A stretch of 64,000 nt of DNA from Bacillota bacterium. Its GTDB lineage: Bacteria; Bacillota; Clostridia; Eubacteriales; Eubacteriaceae. Shown one piece after another: positions 21,201 through 29,696 of this stretch (position 1 is its first letter; every line of letters starts with the position of its first letter). A model generated the notes under the pieces. It was not told the origin of the DNA. It did no database searches and was given only the letters and a program-made list of their open reading frames with translations. A program made the translations under genes and the position numbers. The DNA is taken from NCBI GenBank assembly GCA_018903255.1, contig JAHIQT010000054.1, forward strand, positions 15,257 through 79,256. The letters are read 5' to 3'.

Positions 21201-21401
21201 CCAAAAAAGCGCTTCGTCGCTTGAGATTGAAGAATTGATGGCGGCAAAGGTAAAGCCCCATAAGGCAAAGCAGAGACAGAGACAGGCAAACACCCGATTA
21301 AGTCGGGATTCGATATTGAGCGTTAAACTATAGGTGCCAAAAATAGCATAGGCGACAAATGAGACATATAAAGCCAGCGATACCAGATTTTGAAGTGTCA
21401 T
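18258..21401 (-). CDS. Multi-TM (HisKA_7TM-like) GAF-GGDEF-EAL protein, paralog of 15108-18218
   Basis: Same architecture; YDSLTGIPNR, GHDWGD, RFGGDEF, EALLRW. Confidence 0.9.
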   Translation of the reverse strand: MTLQNLVSLALYVSFVAYAIFGTYSLTLNIESRLNRVFACLCLCFALWGFTFAAINSSISSDEALFWRRFSVVGWGVAYSLMLHFVIVLTDVSWSQQKNKPLMLTILYLPALINVIVFFVFSIPQYGHVQMSYSPAGWITRSDVIWYDLLFICYYLSFSLTSMVLLIQWYRKTNSVVNKKKAVIILISFTAALCLGTLTDLVTVSFSNVQLPSMAPVIILIPVATIYAVIHKYGLMLPPRNSQKLQAEGIILNTVSRTRLYKYIGIVMIIGSILNFYSRISVGDARITGLFLSFMLVLFGAYITSIPYLLKSIKTQENTLGLFLMVLLPVVMLGHFNASFSNIIWPVPIFFMMLTVIFNNRKIFIGLGVLSLFLEIAFWFILPDLSLMVNTRIYFYRLLFYIVGIGLTAMITQIYLLRLQENSRQDAFQQMISQLSSDFVTMNRTNFDQKINYLLERSGLFSSADRVYISRFSQDKKQLVSSHEWLREGASALFDERMTDEITRQPWSIGHILRNEVVHIRSTDQLPAEAEQDRLWLKKQKIQAQILIPIYSNQAIIGLIGFDQRQGRKALQGLDLDWLRVLANLLADAIAKVEAEDDLNYLAYYDSLTGIPNRTLFYRRLEQAIELAGKTGKKLGVIFIDLDGFKEVNDTLGHDWGDQLLKLIGQRLTDCLGETDLVGRFGGDEFLIMVPQISDNQELEPISEQVMSIFNRPLLVAEQELYVSASGGIAVYPTDGENLTTLIKNADTAMYAAKKTGKGQIYYCSGNMKEAIQEKMTLTTSLHRALENQELFLHYQPQVSSLSYEITGFEALLRWNHPERGLISPEVFIPLAEQSGLISSIGEWVLMTACAQNKAWQDLGYLPVRMGVNLSVEQFRSSNLERIIRNCLEATGLEPHYLELEITEGIAMKTSQYVIRQINALKKLGVVISIDDFGTAFSSMNRLKELPVDRIKIDRQFIWGIGANPRDEAVITVMIHLARELGMEVTAEGVETAAQLAFLKQQSCDEIQGFYFSRPVSASVIEKDIYAQQLGNTTIKPRCKDLISLYK

Positions 21402-21495
21402 TTACCCTCCGCTAAAATAGTTTATTCCGAATAATATGTAGTATTATACTATTTTGCAGTTTGAAAATCAATTGGATATTCTACTACTTATTAAA

Positions 21496-22506
21496 CTATT
21501 GATTGAACTCCTGATTAAAAAACGGTGCATACTCTGCCCCTAAACGAATCGCTTCAATCAAACTGACCGGACTGGCAATGCCCTGCCCGGCAATATCTAG
21601 CGCCGTCCCATGATCCACCGAGGTTCTGAGGATCGGCATCCCGAGAGTAATCGAAATGGTTTTTTCAAAATCAACCATCTTGGTGGCAATGTGTCCCTGA
21701 TCGTGATAGAGCGATAAGACTGCATCGTACTTCCCTTTTAAAGCAAAGTGAAAAACGCTGTCGGCACCAATCGGTCCCTCGACATTAATACCCCGCTTGC
21801 GGGCTTCCGCCACCGCTGGTATCACTGCCTCCACCTCTTCGCGGCCAAAAAGCCCGTGTTCACCACTGTGGGGGTTAAGGCCGGCAATAGCAAGCCGCGG
21901 ATTTTTCACCCCCAGTATTTTTAGCGCCGCCACACTCTGATCAATAAAGGCCGCCAGATTGTCCTTAGTAACTAATTCACATGCCTGCCGCAACGAAACA
22001 TGACGGCTCAGAAAAAACACCCGAAGGTTGTGAACCTGAAACATCGTCAGCGGTTTTTTAGTCCCGGTTAAGGCTCCGATAATTTCGGTATGGCCGATAT
22101 GGGCTACCTTGGCAGCTTGCAGGGATTCCTTGTTGATGCAGGTGGTGGTCAGGACATGAGCTTTTTTATCCAGACAGAGCCGGGTGGCTGCTTCAATGTA
22201 TTGATAAGCAGCCTTCCCCGTCATCGCCTGAACCGATCCCACTTTCAATTGTTTTATTTCAATATTATCCAGGTTAATCAGATTAAGTACCCCAGGGACA
22301 AAGTTGCCATCCCGGGGATCGCTGATGCAATTGATGGTCAGTATCACCTTTGAAAAGGCCATCGCTTGTTCAAGCACCTTTTTGTCTCCCACCACCACTA
22401 ATTGTGCCATTTCGTGAACGCCCTTATCGGCCAGGGCTTTCACCGTTATCTCCGGTCCAATGCCGGCAGCATCGCCGATTGGGATTGCCAATATTGGTCT
22501 ATTCAT
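21496..22506 (-). CDS. pdxA: 4-hydroxythreonine-4-phosphate dehydrogenase PdxA/PdxA2 family
   Basis: GDAAGIGPE, GHTE, GLNPHSGE, YHDQGHI, RTSVDHGTA. Confidence 0.9.
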   Translation of the reverse strand: MNRPILAIPIGDAAGIGPEITVKALADKGVHEMAQLVVVGDKKVLEQAMAFSKVILTINCISDPRDGNFVPGVLNLINLDNIEIKQLKVGSVQAMTGKAAYQYIEAATRLCLDKKAHVLTTTCINKESLQAAKVAHIGHTEIIGALTGTKKPLTMFQVHNLRVFFLSRHVSLRQACELVTKDNLAAFIDQSVAALKILGVKNPRLAIAGLNPHSGEHGLFGREEVEAVIPAVAEARKRGINVEGPIGADSVFHFALKGKYDAVLSLYHDQGHIATKMVDFEKTISITLGMPILRTSVDHGTALDIAGQGIASPVSLIEAIRLGAEYAPFFNQEFNQ

Positions 22507-22615
22507 CTTGTTCTCCTGATTTAGTTATTTTATCGGTAGGTTGTTATAAATGAGTTAATATAAGTAACTGATTTTGATTGAGAGTCCAATCTTATTCTAC
22601 TGCATTAATAACATT

Positions 22616-24970
22616 TTAACGCGAACTATTTTCTCTTTGACACCTCAAGAATAGTTCCAACATGCAATCATCTAGGGGACGGCTGAAAAAATATCCCTGA
22701 ACATGATCACAGCGATAGCTTTTTAAGCAATCGTACTGCTCCACTTCCTCAACGCCCTCAACAATAACCTCTAATTCCAGCCTATGCGCCATCATAATAA
22801 TCGACTCCATTAAATGCGCATTGGATTGCTCAATCAACATATCCCGGGTGAAGGCCTGATCAATTTTCAGGGTATCAATCGGCAGCTTCTTCAGATACGC
22901 CAGTGATGAATAGCCTGTTCCAAAATCGTCCAAAGATATCTTAACACCAATTGCCTTGAGACGATCAAATATTTTAATCGCACCTTCAAAGGAATGAATG
23001 AATAAGTTTTCGGTAATTTCCAGTTCCAGTAAATCCGGAGCCAGGCCACTGTCTTTTAAGGCATCTTCAACCATCGTCGGAAAGTGATCATTATTGATCT
23101 GAACCGGTGAAATGTTAACCGAAATTATCATATTGGAGTCAGTCGCTTTGTTCAAATCGACCATTTTCTTGCAGGCGATTTCCATTACCCAGGCGCCAAT
23201 CGGAACAATTAACCCCGTTGATTCAGCTATGTGGATAAAATCGAGCGGGGGTATTTTTCCTAACTGTGGGTGTTCCCAACGGATCAGGGCTTCAAAACCC
23301 CGCAACGCACCCGACCTGACATCAATTTGCGGTTGATATTGAAGGTAAAACTGCTCATTCTTTATCGCTGAGCGGAGTGAATTCTCCAAGGCCATATTCC
23401 TGACCAAGTTCATTTTCATGGTGCTTTCAAAAAAAGCATATTGCGATTTGCCTCGCTGCTTGGCCATATCGGCGGCGGCATGAGCATATTGAAGCAATTC
23501 CTCGACGGTTTGGGCATCATCCGGATAGAGAGTAATCCCCACATGAAAATGGACATAGATATTATTTTCGTTAATGGTGATGCCCTGATTAAATACTTGG
23601 CGCAGTTTTTCGATTTCCGAAAGTACCTGATTGGGGTTATCTATTTCGGTCAGCACCCGGATAAAATTGGAGCCAGTGATTCGAGCAATAAAACCGCTGG
23701 TCAATTGCATTTTGAGAATCCGTTCTCCCATAACCCTTAATACTTGATCACCAAAGGATGGTCCAAATGTCTCATTAATTCGTTTGAAATTATCAATATC
23801 ATAACAGATAAGGGCAATCTTACTGCGATTATTTAAAATCAACTGATTTAACTGTTCGGTCAGATAGACCGCATTGGGCAAACCCGTCTGGGGGTCAAAA
23901 TAAGCCAGCGTTTTTAGCACCTCATCGCGTTCTTTTATCGAGGTTACCATCCCATTAAAGTTTTCAGTAAGGGTGGTAAATTCTTCAAAACGATTGTCTG
24001 CGTCAATGCGGCGATAGTCTCCTGCCGCTATTTCTCTAGTTTGTTGATTGAGTTCGCTAAAAGACTGGTTGATGTCTTTAAACACATGACGGGAAACAAA
24101 CCTTGAAAATATGATTAATAGGCAGACAAACAAAAGCACTATCCCTAACCGCGGTCGAAATGCACTCAGAATAGAATCATAGGTTTGATAAACAAAAACA
24201 TGCCAATCGCCATTTTTTACGTCAGCATGACTGATCATCATGATTTTGCCATCATACTCGGCGGTGGTAATTTTTCCTGCTACTTCCACCTCCTGATGAA
24301 TGCTACTAAATTTTTCTGCTGATTCGCGTTGATATACTTTTTCAATATCATTATTTGAAATATAGACCCCATTACCATCTGTCACTGCCACCGTCACCTG
24401 ATCACCAAAGGCTTTGTTCAAATTCAAAGACACCAAGCTGATTTCTTTCAGGTTCAAGTATGCAGCCAGCACTCCATCGCGATGGGGAATTGCAATTGTA
24501 ATGGTCGGCTGGCCCGTTTGTTGGGAAATAAAGGTTTGCGATATCGTCGCTTGCTGACTTGCTTTTGTCTCAAAGAAAAAATTTTGACTGGATCGATTTG
24601 CACCGCGAATATTTTCATTTTCTGGAGCAATCACTTTAACAATCCCATTGCCATCGAGAATTTCGAAACCTTCAAAATTATCGTAACTTTGGATGACTGA
24701 GTTTAGATAAAGCACCGTATCAGCATCATTAAGAACTTCGGCATCCAGCAATGCACTTAACTGAACCAGCATCAAAAAAGATTCATCAATAAAATCAGAC
24801 ATCCGCTGCGCAATGGTGGTGGCAATGATATTGTTCTTTTTATGGATGTCTTTGACGGCAACATTAAAAATTAACGGCGCAATTATCAAAGCCACCAGAA
24901 GCAAGGGAATAGCAATCGAAAGCATGTTGTTAATTTGAATATAGTTTTTCAGCTTTCTTCTTTTTTTCAT
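22616..24970 (-). CDS. Cache-HAMP-degenerate GGDEF-EAL protein (probable phosphodiesterase)
   Basis: Two TM helices flanking a Cache-like region, HAMP; A-site reads ARITGSNF; EALIRW and DDFGTGYSSL intact. Confidence 0.85.
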   Translation of the reverse strand: MKKRRKLKNYIQINNMLSIAIPLLLVALIIAPLIFNVAVKDIHKKNNIIATTIAQRMSDFIDESFLMLVQLSALLDAEVLNDADTVLYLNSVIQSYDNFEGFEILDGNGIVKVIAPENENIRGANRSSQNFFFETKASQQATISQTFISQQTGQPTITIAIPHRDGVLAAYLNLKEISLVSLNLNKAFGDQVTVAVTDGNGVYISNNDIEKVYQRESAEKFSSIHQEVEVAGKITTAEYDGKIMMISHADVKNGDWHVFVYQTYDSILSAFRPRLGIVLLFVCLLIIFSRFVSRHVFKDINQSFSELNQQTREIAAGDYRRIDADNRFEEFTTLTENFNGMVTSIKERDEVLKTLAYFDPQTGLPNAVYLTEQLNQLILNNRSKIALICYDIDNFKRINETFGPSFGDQVLRVMGERILKMQLTSGFIARITGSNFIRVLTEIDNPNQVLSEIEKLRQVFNQGITINENNIYVHFHVGITLYPDDAQTVEELLQYAHAAADMAKQRGKSQYAFFESTMKMNLVRNMALENSLRSAIKNEQFYLQYQPQIDVRSGALRGFEALIRWEHPQLGKIPPLDFIHIAESTGLIVPIGAWVMEIACKKMVDLNKATDSNMIISVNISPVQINNDHFPTMVEDALKDSGLAPDLLELEITENLFIHSFEGAIKIFDRLKAIGVKISLDDFGTGYSSLAYLKKLPIDTLKIDQAFTRDMLIEQSNAHLMESIIMMAHRLELEVIVEGVEEVEQYDCLKSYRCDHVQGYFFSRPLDDCMLELFLRCQRENSSR

Positions 24971-24973
24971 GAT

Positions 24974-26098
24974 CTAATCCACCTTTGTAAATTGACCGTT
25001 CTGAATGATGTAGTGGTACAAAGTTCGACTGGCATCGCCATATTCATCGATAATAATCTTATCCTGAAGCCCCTGATGGGTGCCTTTTTCAATGATGGCC
25101 GCTTTGACGGTCTCAGGTTCCAGACTCTTTGCCGTTTTCATCGCGGTGAATAAAATCATCGCTGCTTCGTAAGAATAAATGGACGCAAAGGTTGGCTCAG
25201 CATTGAATTGGTTAAGATAGGCTGCTCTGAAATTCAAATAGGCTGGATTTTGAGACTCGGTATCAAGTAAGCTGGGAATAAAAACGCCTTCGACCGCATC
25301 TCCACCCTGTAAAATCAGATCATTATTCATCGCCCAAAGCGATAGATAAATGGGTAACTGAGTCTCCAACTTGTAAAATTGCTGGCTAAACATCGCCGAA
25401 TCAAAGCTTGAAGCCAGGATTAAAATGGCATCTGGTTGCGACTCCAGGAGCCGTTTGGCGATTTCCTGATAAGCCGGGTTAGCACCGGATTCAAAGGATT
25501 CTTCATAGCTAATCCGCGCGCCGTTAGCGGCCAGATCCGCAGCAATTAAATCCTTGATGGTGCTGGTATAAGCTTTATTTTGAGATTCATAGATGACCGC
25601 GATCTGCTTACCGCCATTCTGTAGAATATTCGCGGCGATAAATTTGGCTTCGACATCATTGGAAGAGACGACGCTAATAAAATGATCATCCTGATTGACC
25701 AGCTCATAAGAGCTCATCGTCGGACTAATCATCAATAAATTGTTGTCGTTGATAAAGGGCAGACTGAGTTTAGCCATGTTACTGGTCATATGGCCGATGA
25801 TAAATGAAACGCCTTCTTGGTAAAGTTCCTGATCCATGGCAAGGGCAATTTCGGGATTATTCTGGTCATCCTTGACGCGCACCTCCACATGCCGACCGTT
25901 GACCCCGCCGACAGCATTGATTTCTTCGACCGCCATCATTAAGCCATTTCGCCCGTTTACTCCCATTTCCGAGGCACTTCCGGTCAGTCCCGCCGAAAAA
26001 CCAATGATCAGGGGTTGTTGCTGTGTACAGGCCGTCATAAAAAGCGACCAGATAACGAAAATCACCAGTCCAGAAATTCTTCTATCTGTATTCATCAT
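24974..26098 (-). CDS. LivK-like substrate-binding lipoprotein with no adjacent permease
   Basis: Lipobox MTAC, MAVEEINAVGGVNGR, DDQNNPE, IGHMTS. Confidence 0.85.
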   Translation of the reverse strand: MMNTDRRISGLVIFVIWSLFMTACTQQQPLIIGFSAGLTGSASEMGVNGRNGLMMAVEEINAVGGVNGRHVEVRVKDDQNNPEIALAMDQELYQEGVSFIIGHMTSNMAKLSLPFINDNNLLMISPTMSSYELVNQDDHFISVVSSNDVEAKFIAANILQNGGKQIAVIYESQNKAYTSTIKDLIAADLAANGARISYEESFESGANPAYQEIAKRLLESQPDAILILASSFDSAMFSQQFYKLETQLPIYLSLWAMNNDLILQGGDAVEGVFIPSLLDTESQNPAYLNFRAAYLNQFNAEPTFASIYSYEAAMILFTAMKTAKSLEPETVKAAIIEKGTHQGLQDKIIIDEYGDASRTLYHYIIQNGQFTKVD

Positions 26099-26174
26099 TG
26101 AACCTCCATATGAGATTTAAAAGTCAAACTACCTTCCTAAGTTATTTTTCTAATGAATAATTGTTCTAACTTGT

Positions 26175-26199
26175 ATACCCACATTTAAAAGCAGTAAAC
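26175..26199 (-). promoter_or_regulatory. SigB-like promoter of the SBP/EAL operon
   Basis: GTTTAC-N13-GGGTAT. Confidence 0.6.
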
Positions 26200-26249
26200 T
26201 TGCGCGAATCAACAAACTTTGACATCTGAACCGTTATTAAAATTTTCTT

Positions 26250-26274
26250 GTTTATGTTTGCCGTTTCGGGGTAA
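26250..26274 (+). promoter_or_regulatory. SigB-like promoter of the MCP gene
   Basis: GTTTAT-N13-GGGTAA. Confidence 0.6.
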
Positions 26275-26380
26275 AATCTTAAACATAATCGCCAATTAAT
26301 CCCTTGTTTACTAGCACTGATTTAGTTTAGAATTATATCATAACTCGTTCCCGCAAACAGCTTACTGTCGATCGAAGGAT

Positions 26381-29300
26381 TTGTATTTTAAGGCTGTTAC
26401 AAATAATATCAAAAGTATTATCATGAAAGACAAACAAAACACCGAACACAGTCACACCGCGGTAAAGCTTCGCTTGTCAACCAAGTTAATGGTCTTTACC
26501 ACCCTGATTCTGGCCTCCGCAGTCCTGATCCTGGGACTGATTGCCATCAATTTAGGGGCAGCAGCGCTGACCGATGAAACGGGTCTCCAAGAAGAAGCCT
26601 TTGCTACCGAAGGCGCTAACCACATCGGTGCCATCATCACCGGTAATCTCGGAAAACTTGATGAAATTGCCCTACGAGCCCGAACCGCTACAATGGACTG
26701 GAATACCCAGGTCGCCTCGATATCGGTAGATATTGAACGTTTAGGTTACCAGGACATTGCTGTTATGGATATAAACGGCAACGCCAAGTATATTCTCGGC
26801 GGCGGCGAATTTAAGTCCGAAGGGCAATTCTGGTATGAAAGCGGTTTTGCCGGACAAACTGCCATTTCTGATGTCGCGATCAGCCGGGTTACCCTGGAAC
26901 CGGTGGTATTTGAGGTCGCCCCGATTAAAAATAACGGTCAGGTAGTTGGCCTCCTGATCGGGCGAAGAGATCCCACCTTCCTGAAAGATGTTACCAATGG
27001 GATGGGTGATGGGGTTCGAAAATACGGTTTCGTCATCAACGAAAATGGTGGTTTTATGGCCCATCCCAATGATCAGCTCATTCTTGATCAGGCAAATTTA
27101 TTTGACGCCATTGAAAATAATGGTGCCACCAAAGATTTTGCCCTAGCTATTCAAGCGCTTGGTATTGGAACCGCCGGTAGTTTAAACTATCAGTATGAAG
27201 GGGTTGAAAAACTTGCCTACACAGCCCCAATTCCTGAAACCAACTGGACCCTCGTCGTTACCAAATTTGAAAGTGATGTGTTGGCTCCAATTATCGAACT
27301 AAGAAACATCATTCTAATTGCCTCCTTGCTGATTTTATTGGTCGGCGGTGTGGCTACCTATATCCTGGCGCGAAGAATTTCAAAACCAATTATTTCATTA
27401 AACCAGATGATTACAGAAATGTCTCAGGGACACCTGGGTGTCAGGCTGGAAATACAATCTCGGGACGAGGTCGGAGAAATGACCGCTTCGATGAACAAGC
27501 TGGCCGATGATCTCCAAAATGTCGTTATTGCTACCATGGATCAAATCTCCAACGGTGATGTCTCGGCAGAGATTGAGTTAAGGGATCCCGATGATGAAAT
27601 AGCTCCAGCCCTGAAGCGCACCATTGAAACGATCCGTGATCTAATTAATGAAGCCACCATGCTGGCGCAGGCCGCCGTCCAGGGTCAGTGGCAAACGCGT
27701 GGCAATGCCCAGGCCTTTAGTGGCGGTTTTAAAGAAATTGTCGAAGGCGTTAATGCAACCCTTGATACCGTCGTCGACAAGATGGTCTGGTATGAAGCGA
27801 TCATCGATGCAGTCCCCTTCCCCATTCACGTTACCGACAACGATATGAAATGGACCTTTATGAATAAACCCTTTGAAGATATGATGATTAATAATAAGGT
27901 CATCACTGACCGTGAATGCGGTTACGGAATGGATTGTTACAATGCCGGCGCTAATATCTGTCAAACCGAAGGCTGCGGAATCCGCCGATTGGTTGATCAG
28001 GGATTGGGCGACAGCTACTTTGAATGGTACGGCCGAAACTACAAACAGGACACTGCCTATCTCAAAGATTCTAAGGGTGCCAATGTTGGTTTTGTGGAAG
28101 TGGTCACTGATTTAACACCGATCATTCGGGTCAGCGACTACACCAAGAACGAGGTCACCCGATTGGGCGACAATCTGACCCGCTTATCCCAGGGCGATCT
28201 GGCCTTTGATATGGAGATCAGCCAGGCTGATGAGTATACCACCGAAGTTTCTGCTCAGTTTAACGAGATCCGCAACAGTTTGGAGATGGTTCAAACCTCG
28301 ATCGACAATCTGGTCAGCGATGCCGACATGCTGGCCCAGGCTGGTATCGACGGGAAACTAAATACCCGCGCCGATGCCAGCAAGCATCAGGGCAACTTTG
28401 CTAAAATTGTCAACGGCGTCAATGCTACCCTGGATGCTGTAGTTGAGCCCGTTCAGGAAGCCTCAGCAACCCTGAATGAGCTGTCCAAAGGCAACTTAAA
28501 CACGGGGATGGTTGGTAACTACAATGGTGATTACACCCTGATCAAAGATTCGATGAACCAGACGGTTGCCTTCCTAAAACGTTATGTCGATGAAATTACC
28601 TATACCCTGCAAGAAATGGGTGGCGGTAACCTGGATCTGGAAATTACCGCCGAATATTTGGGCGACTTCCAGGCCATTAAAACAGCCCTTAACGGAATCA
28701 CCGCCACTCTCAGCGAAACCATGTCTGAAATCAATGAAGCTGCCGGTCAGGTTGAAGCTGGTGCCCGCCAGATTTCCGATGGCGGACAGGCGCTGTCACA
28801 GGGTACCACCGAACAGGCCAGCGCTATCCAGCAGCTCAATGCCTCGATTGAAGAAGTGGCCAGCGAAACAAAACGAAATGCCACTAACGCCAATGAAGCC
28901 AACGAACGGGCTTTAGAGGTTCGCAGCAATGCTGAAGTCGGTAATGAACAGATGACAAAAATGGTCACGGCGATGATCGACATTAATGAATCCTCTAAAA
29001 ATATTTCAAAAATCATCAAGGTCATCGACGATATTGCCTTCCAGACCAATATTCTGGCGCTTAACGCCGCCGTTGAAGCGGCTCGTGCTGGTCAGCACGG
29101 TAAGGGTTTTGCCGTGGTAGCCGAAGAGGTTCGCTCGCTTGCTGCCCGCAGTGCTGAAGCCGCCAAGGAAACCACCGGCTTAATCGAAGGCTCGATTGAC
29201 AAGGTCGAGGCTGGAACCAAAATAGCCGATGAAACCGCCGCCAGTTTAGTGGAAATTCGCAATGAAATTGAAAAGGTTACTGGTTTAGTTGGTAACATTG

Positions 29301-29593
29301 CCCGTGCCTCCAACGATCAGGCCACCGAAATTGCCCAGATCACTCAGGGCATTGAACAGGTTTCGACTGTCGTTCAGACCAACTCAGCCACAGCCGAGGA
29401 AAGTGCCGCTGCTAGCGAAGAACTGTCCGGCCAGGCTGAAATGCTCAAACAGATGGTTGGTGCTTTTAAAATCAAGAAAAAAGGCACTGCCCGTCAAGCC
29501 TCCCCCAAGCATTCGGTTGAAAAACCGCAAAAGCAAGAAACACCAAAATCACCCCGGATAGTTCTGGATGATATGGAGATGGATAAATACTAA
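26381..29593 (+). CDS. Methyl-accepting chemotaxis protein (Cache, poly-HAMP, Cys-rich PAS-like, MCP signal, C-terminal pentapeptide-like tail)
   Basis: IDDIAFQTNILALNAAVEAARAGQHGKGFAVVAEEVR; ends DMEMDKY; start may be ATG 26423. Confidence 0.93.
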   Translation: MYFKAVTNNIKSIIMKDKQNTEHSHTAVKLRLSTKLMVFTTLILASAVLILGLIAINLGAAALTDETGLQEEAFATEGANHIGAIITGNLGKLDEIALRARTATMDWNTQVASISVDIERLGYQDIAVMDINGNAKYILGGGEFKSEGQFWYESGFAGQTAISDVAISRVTLEPVVFEVAPIKNNGQVVGLLIGRRDPTFLKDVTNGMGDGVRKYGFVINENGGFMAHPNDQLILDQANLFDAIENNGATKDFALAIQALGIGTAGSLNYQYEGVEKLAYTAPIPETNWTLVVTKFESDVLAPIIELRNIILIASLLILLVGGVATYILARRISKPIISLNQMITEMSQGHLGVRLEIQSRDEVGEMTASMNKLADDLQNVVIATMDQISNGDVSAEIELRDPDDEIAPALKRTIETIRDLINEATMLAQAAVQGQWQTRGNAQAFSGGFKEIVEGVNATLDTVVDKMVWYEAIIDAVPFPIHVTDNDMKWTFMNKPFEDMMINNKVITDRECGYGMDCYNAGANICQTEGCGIRRLVDQGLGDSYFEWYGRNYKQDTAYLKDSKGANVGFVEVVTDLTPIIRVSDYTKNEVTRLGDNLTRLSQGDLAFDMEISQADEYTTEVSAQFNEIRNSLEMVQTSIDNLVSDADMLAQAGIDGKLNTRADASKHQGNFAKIVNGVNATLDAVVEPVQEASATLNELSKGNLNTGMVGNYNGDYTLIKDSMNQTVAFLKRYVDEITYTLQEMGGGNLDLEITAEYLGDFQAIKTALNGITATLSETMSEINEAAGQVEAGARQISDGGQALSQGTTEQASAIQQLNASIEEVASETKRNATNANEANERALEVRSNAEVGNEQMTKMVTAMIDINESSKNISKIIKVIDDIAFQTNILALNAAVEAARAGQHGKGFAVVAEEVRSLAARSAEAAKETTGLIEGSIDKVEAGTKIADETAASLVEIRNEIEKVTGLVGNIARASNDQATEIAQITQGIEQVSTVVQTNSATAEESAAASEELSGQAEMLKQMVGAFKIKKKGTARQASPKHSVEKPQKQETPKSPRIVLDDMEMDKY

Positions 29594-29619
29594 GAAGTAC
29601 TAAAAAATTCAAACAAATG

Positions 29620-29666
29620 CACACAAAAAAACAGGCCTCCGTGATGGAGCCTGTTTTTTTGTGTGT
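29620..29666. terminator. Bidirectional terminator
   Basis: cacacaaaaaaacaggc...gcctgtttttttgtgtg. Confidence 0.8.
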
Positions 29667-29696
29667 TTATTTTGTTCTGTCTAATTCTTTTTCGGG

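Noticed and set aside
26099-26380. c-di-GMP riboswitch or sigma-28 promoter upstream of the MCP
   Set aside because: No GEMM core, and only poor TAAA-N15-GCCGATA matches
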